DNA of 64,000 bases from Methanobacteriota archaeon. GTDB taxonomy: Archaea; Thermoplasmatota; Thermoplasmata; Methanomassiliicoccales; UBA472. The position numbers and the translations under genes were made by a program. This document shows positions 61,135 through 64,000 of the stretch, one piece after another (the first letter of the stretch is position 1; each line of letters opens with the position of its first letter). The notes beneath the pieces are model-generated. The model worked only from the letters and a program-made list of their open reading frames with translations. It had not been told where the DNA came from and did no database searches. The stretch is taken from assembly GCA_012729095.1 (NCBI GenBank), contig JAAYDU010000052.1:560-64559 (forward strand), given 5' to 3'.

Positions 61135-61791
61135 TCATAACTCCTTGCGATCGAACAGTATAGAAGCTCCGAAGAGCAGCAGGAAAGATATTCCGATCGA
61201 TGCCAGGGCGACCATCCACATCTCTCCCCACCCCGTGATCATCGGCAGCAGGACCAGCGATGACAGCTGGTTCGAACCGAACAGCACCAGCAGTACCCCG
61301 ACCAGAACGCTGGGTGAGAAAACCCCTATCAGGACCCCGGCCGAAGAGTTGATGGCCATCAGGGATATTGTTATCAGGAGCGAGTCGCTGATCGAACTCA
61401 GCATCTCGCGAACGCCGTATCCCTCGGTGACGCTGTCCAGGAATGCGGCCAGGAATATGGCTATAAAAGATGCGATCATCACGCACAGGAACACCGCCGC
61501 GAACTTGGCAAGGAGCAGGTTCTCCCTGCGTATCGGACGAACGAAGAAGAGATCGTAGACCTTTCTCTCTTTCTCGTTCAGTATGTTCACCACTATCAGC
61601 ACCGATGTCAGGAGGCCGCCAATGCTGGAGACGAGCAGCCCGACGAACATGGTTATCGGCATTCCCTCGATATCATCGGTTAGGAAGTACAGGACCAGGG
61701 CCATTGCCGGCAGGCCGACCCACAGTGCGAGCATGACCTTGGAACGGTAGAAACCGTTCAGCTCGTCCTTGAAAAGCATCCAGAGGCTCAT
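61135..61791 (-). CDS. ABC-2 type transporter permease
   Basis: 218 aa, six hydrophobic helices, 4-nt overlap with the upstream ATPase gene. Confidence 0.75.
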   Translation of the reverse strand: MSLWMLFKDELNGFYRSKVMLALWVGLPAMALVLYFLTDDIEGMPITMFVGLLVSSIGGLLTSVLIVVNILNEKERKVYDLFFVRPIRRENLLLAKFAAVFLCVMIASFIAIFLAAFLDSVTEGYGVREMLSSISDSLLITISLMAINSSAGVLIGVFSPSVLVGVLLVLFGSNQLSSLVLLPMITGWGEMWMVALASIGISFLLLFGASILFDRKEL

Positions 61792-62747
61792 AGCTTTCCC
61801 TCCGCATCGGCGTAGCTGAGATAAAGGGACTCCAGCGACTGCCTGTTCGGATGGATCGCCCTGACGTGTATACTCTCAGCCATCACCGCCCTGATGGTCC
61901 TATCGACGACCGCATCGACCTCCCTCAGGTCTTCGAGCATTATGTGGAACCTGTTGTCGGCCACCCTCTCCACCTTGGATATCCCCGGTATGCGTTCAAG
62001 CAAAGCGTCGCTCGGAACCGGTTCCACCGTCTCCAGCCTTATCTCGGTGGTCCTTCCGACCCTGGCCCTGAGCTCGTCCATGGAACCGATGTAGCGCATC
62101 ATTCCCTGCCCAAGTATGCCGATGGTGTCCGCGATATCCTCTATGTCGCTCAGTATGTGGGAGGAGAAGAATATGGTGGTGCCCTCGCGGGATAGCTTTC
62201 GGAACAGGCCCTTGAACAGCACCCTGCTCTCCGGGTCGAGCCCGGCAACCGGTTCATCGAGCACCAGGAGCTTGGGGCGGTGAAGCATGGCCTGGGCCAT
62301 GCCCACCTTCTGAAGCGTTCCGCCGGAGAGCTTGCTGACCTTCCTTTCCCGATACTCGGATATCCCCAGTACATCGACGACCTCCGCCATGCGCTCCTTG
62401 ACCTCGTTCTCGGAAAGTCCGGACAGGCGGCCGAAGGTGTGCAGGGACTGGTCGACCGTCCTCCATTCCTGCAATGAGGTCTGCTGCGGCAGATATCCTA
62501 TCATGGAGCTCAGCTCCTTACCCCAGTTGCGAATGGAGCGGCCCTCTATCATGACGTCACCCTGGAAATCCCTTATGAGGCCGGTCATGATCTTGATGGT
62601 GGTGGTCTTCCCCGAACCGTTCGGTCCGATGTAACCGAATATCGAACCTCGGGGTATGTCGAAGCTGAGGTTGAGGAGCACGGGCAGCTCCTTGTACCTC
62701 TTGTACAACCCCCGGACCGCCACCATCTCCCCGCCGTTCCCAACCAT
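61788..62747 (-). CDS. ABC transporter ATP-binding protein
   Basis: GPNGSGKTT (Walker A), LSGGTLQKV (signature), LLVLDEP (Walker B). Start set at ATG 62747 (62726 is possible). The track ORF to 63032 overlaps the ALDH gene. Confidence 0.88.
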   Translation of the reverse strand: MVGNGGEMVAVRGLYKRYKELPVLLNLSFDIPRGSIFGYIGPNGSGKTTTIKIMTGLIRDFQGDVMIEGRSIRNWGKELSSMIGYLPQQTSLQEWRTVDQSLHTFGRLSGLSENEVKERMAEVVDVLGISEYRERKVSKLSGGTLQKVGMAQAMLHRPKLLVLDEPVAGLDPESRVLFKGLFRKLSREGTTIFFSSHILSDIEDIADTIGILGQGMMRYIGSMDELRARVGRTTEIRLETVEPVPSDALLERIPGISKVERVADNRFHIMLEDLREVDAVVDRTIRAVMAESIHVRAIHPNRQSLESLYLSYADAEGKL

Positions 62748-62809
62748 GCGGGTGAGAAAGAAGAAGGTCGATAAGGATTTATCGAGCGCGACCTGAGTTC
62801 CTTCGCACC

Positions 62810-64000
62810 TCACTTGAACCAGTGGGGCCTGGCCTGGCAGGACCGGTTGTTGACGATGGTGCGCTTCTTCAAGAACAGGGAGAGGCGACGGCTGGAACTG
62901 GCGATACCGCTGCACTTCCAACCCTGGAACAGCTCGCCGCAGTTTATGGTACGGCCGCACTCGTTGATCCACACGTTTCCGGCCTCCAGGCGCCTGGCGA
63001 TGGCCTCGCCCTTTACCGGGTCGCTGGTCCACACGGTGGCGCCAAGACCGTAATCGCTGTCATTCGCCAGCTTGATGGCCTCCTCCTCGTCCCTGACGAT
63101 GCGGACGGGGAGAACGGGACCGAAGGTCTCCTCCTTGATTATCTCCAGATCGTCATCGGTGACCTTCAGCACGGTCGGCTCGAAGAAAAATCCCGGACCG
63201 GGCATGTTATCCCCGCCGGTGAGAAGCTCGCAGCCCTGTTGAACGGCATCGCGCACCTTCCTATGGACCTTTGTCCTGGCCTCCTCGCGGATGAGCGGGC
63301 CCACCTGACGTTCGACGTCAAGTCTTGCCAGCACCTTGAGGAGCTCGGATATGAAATCGTCCGCAACGCTCTCCACAACGTAAAGGCGCTTTATGCGGAT
63401 GCACACCTGACCGCCGTGGGAGAAGGCCCCGTTGGCCACCCCCCTGGCCGCGTCCTTGACGTTCACGTCGGAACACACTATGCCGGGGTCGTTTCCGGAA
63501 AGCTCCAGTATCATTGGCTTGACCCCCGCGTTCCTTGTGATGTCCAGCCCGGTGGACCTTCCCCCGGTGAACACCAGCGCGTCGAACGGCGCGGTGACCA
63601 TGGCCTTGCCGATGTCCCCGCCGCCGATGAGCACCTGGAACAGTTCCGGCGGCATGCTGGTTTGATCGAAAGCCTCCTTGATCTTCAACCCGGTCATGGT
63701 GGCGAGCTCGGATGGTTTGAAGACCACGGCGTTACCGGCCATTAGGGCGGGGATGAGGGTGATCATGGTCTGCCATAGAGGATAGTTCCATATCCCGATG
63801 TGACCGATGACCCCGTGCGGCACCAGGTTGATGGTGGCCTTGGTGTCCGGCCAGCCAGCGGGATCGAGCGGGAAGTCATGATCGTCCAATGCCTTGGCCT
63901 CGGCCAGGTAATGGTCGAACCCCTTGATGGCTCCGTTGTAAGTGCCTATGACGTCCTTCTGAGGGAATCCCCCTTCCAGGACCTCGGTCGAGATCATGTC
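62810..64000 (-). CDS. Aldehyde dehydrogenase family protein (N-terminus beyond the right window edge)
   Basis: FKPSELAT, FTGGRSTG, ELSGNDP (catalytic Glu region), GQVCIRIKR (catalytic Cys), EETFGP. The reading frame is still open at 64000 and the protein is short for the family. Confidence 0.88.
   Translation of the reverse strand, partial: DMISTEVLEGGFPQKDVIGTYNGAIKGFDHYLAEAKALDDHDFPLDPAGWPDTKATINLVPHGVIGHIGIWNYPLWQTMITLIPALMAGNAVVFKPSELATMTGLKIKEAFDQTSMPPELFQVLIGGGDIGKAMVTAPFDALVFTGGRSTGLDITRNAGVKPMILELSGNDPGIVCSDVNVKDAARGVANGAFSHGGQVCIRIKRLYVVESVADDFISELLKVLARLDVERQVGPLIREEARTKVHRKVRDAVQQGCELLTGGDNMPGPGFFFEPTVLKVTDDDLEIIKEETFGPVLPVRIVRDEEEAIKLANDSDYGLGATVWTSDPVKGEAIARRLEAGNVWINECGRTINCGELFQGWKCSGIASSSRRLSLFLKKRTIVNNRSCQARPHWFK

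Noticed and set aside
62748-63032. N-terminal extension of the ABC ATPase ORF (the track gives 61788..63032)
   Set aside because: It overlaps the 3' end of the aldehyde dehydrogenase gene and has non-native composition. The ABC core begins at MVAVRGLYK.
1-64000. In-frame TAG (pyrrolysine) recoding, considered because the gene content resembles Methanomassiliicoccales-like archaea
   Set aside because: TAG is used as an ordinary stop for several well-defined genes here (for example ileS, the giant surface protein, the QueG-like gene and the kinase-like gene). All recognised families are full length without needing read-through. No methylamine methyltransferase genes are present in the window.

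Overview
GC-rich archaeal chromosomal window with sharply AT-rich intergenic spacers and very tight gene packing: many 4-nt start/stop overlaps and several convergent 3' overlaps. Archaeal hallmarks include archaeal-type SAM synthetase, FEN1, RFC large subunit, Rpo7/Spt4, eS24/eS31, deoxyhypusine synthase, Taw1, DUF359 dephospho-CoA kinase and aconitase-X. By inference only, the lineage looks like a Thermoplasmata/Methanomassiliicoccales-like euryarchaeon. About 60 protein genes and one tRNA-Arg(CCG) are supported. No rRNA or CRISPR array was seen. Most of the window is housekeeping: IleRS, RNase Z, Rpe, H+-PPase, a 2-oxoacid:ferredoxin oxidoreductase, an acyl-CoA synthetase and three MFS transporters. 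Points worth a second look: (1) at the left edge, a five-gene operon of three paralogous Zn-ribbon membrane proteins, a YdjI-type SPFH protein with three C-terminal Zn-ribbons, and a coiled-coil protein; (2) an IleRS with a ~330-aa C-terminal extension (HhH + Zn-ribbon + DUF835/KaiC-like domain); (3) an aconitase-X small subunit fused to a Nudix hydrolase; (4) metK flanked by two putative regulators, with a perfect 16-bp palindrome in the divergent promoter; (5) a KaiC-like ATPase paired with a Walker-A-less paralog; (6) a 2082-aa surface protein with calcium-binding TSP3-type arrays, NHL repeats and a mid-protein cluster of TM helices; (7) a kinase-like three-gene operon bracketed by two small paralogous proteins; (8) a ~5-kb patchwork region (about 55.5-60.7 kb) with very AT-rich spacers, two tandem paralogous serine recombinases, an RHH protein, ferritin and iterated ATAGTA motifs, which may be an integrated element. 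All family calls come from reading motifs by eye; no database search was possible.
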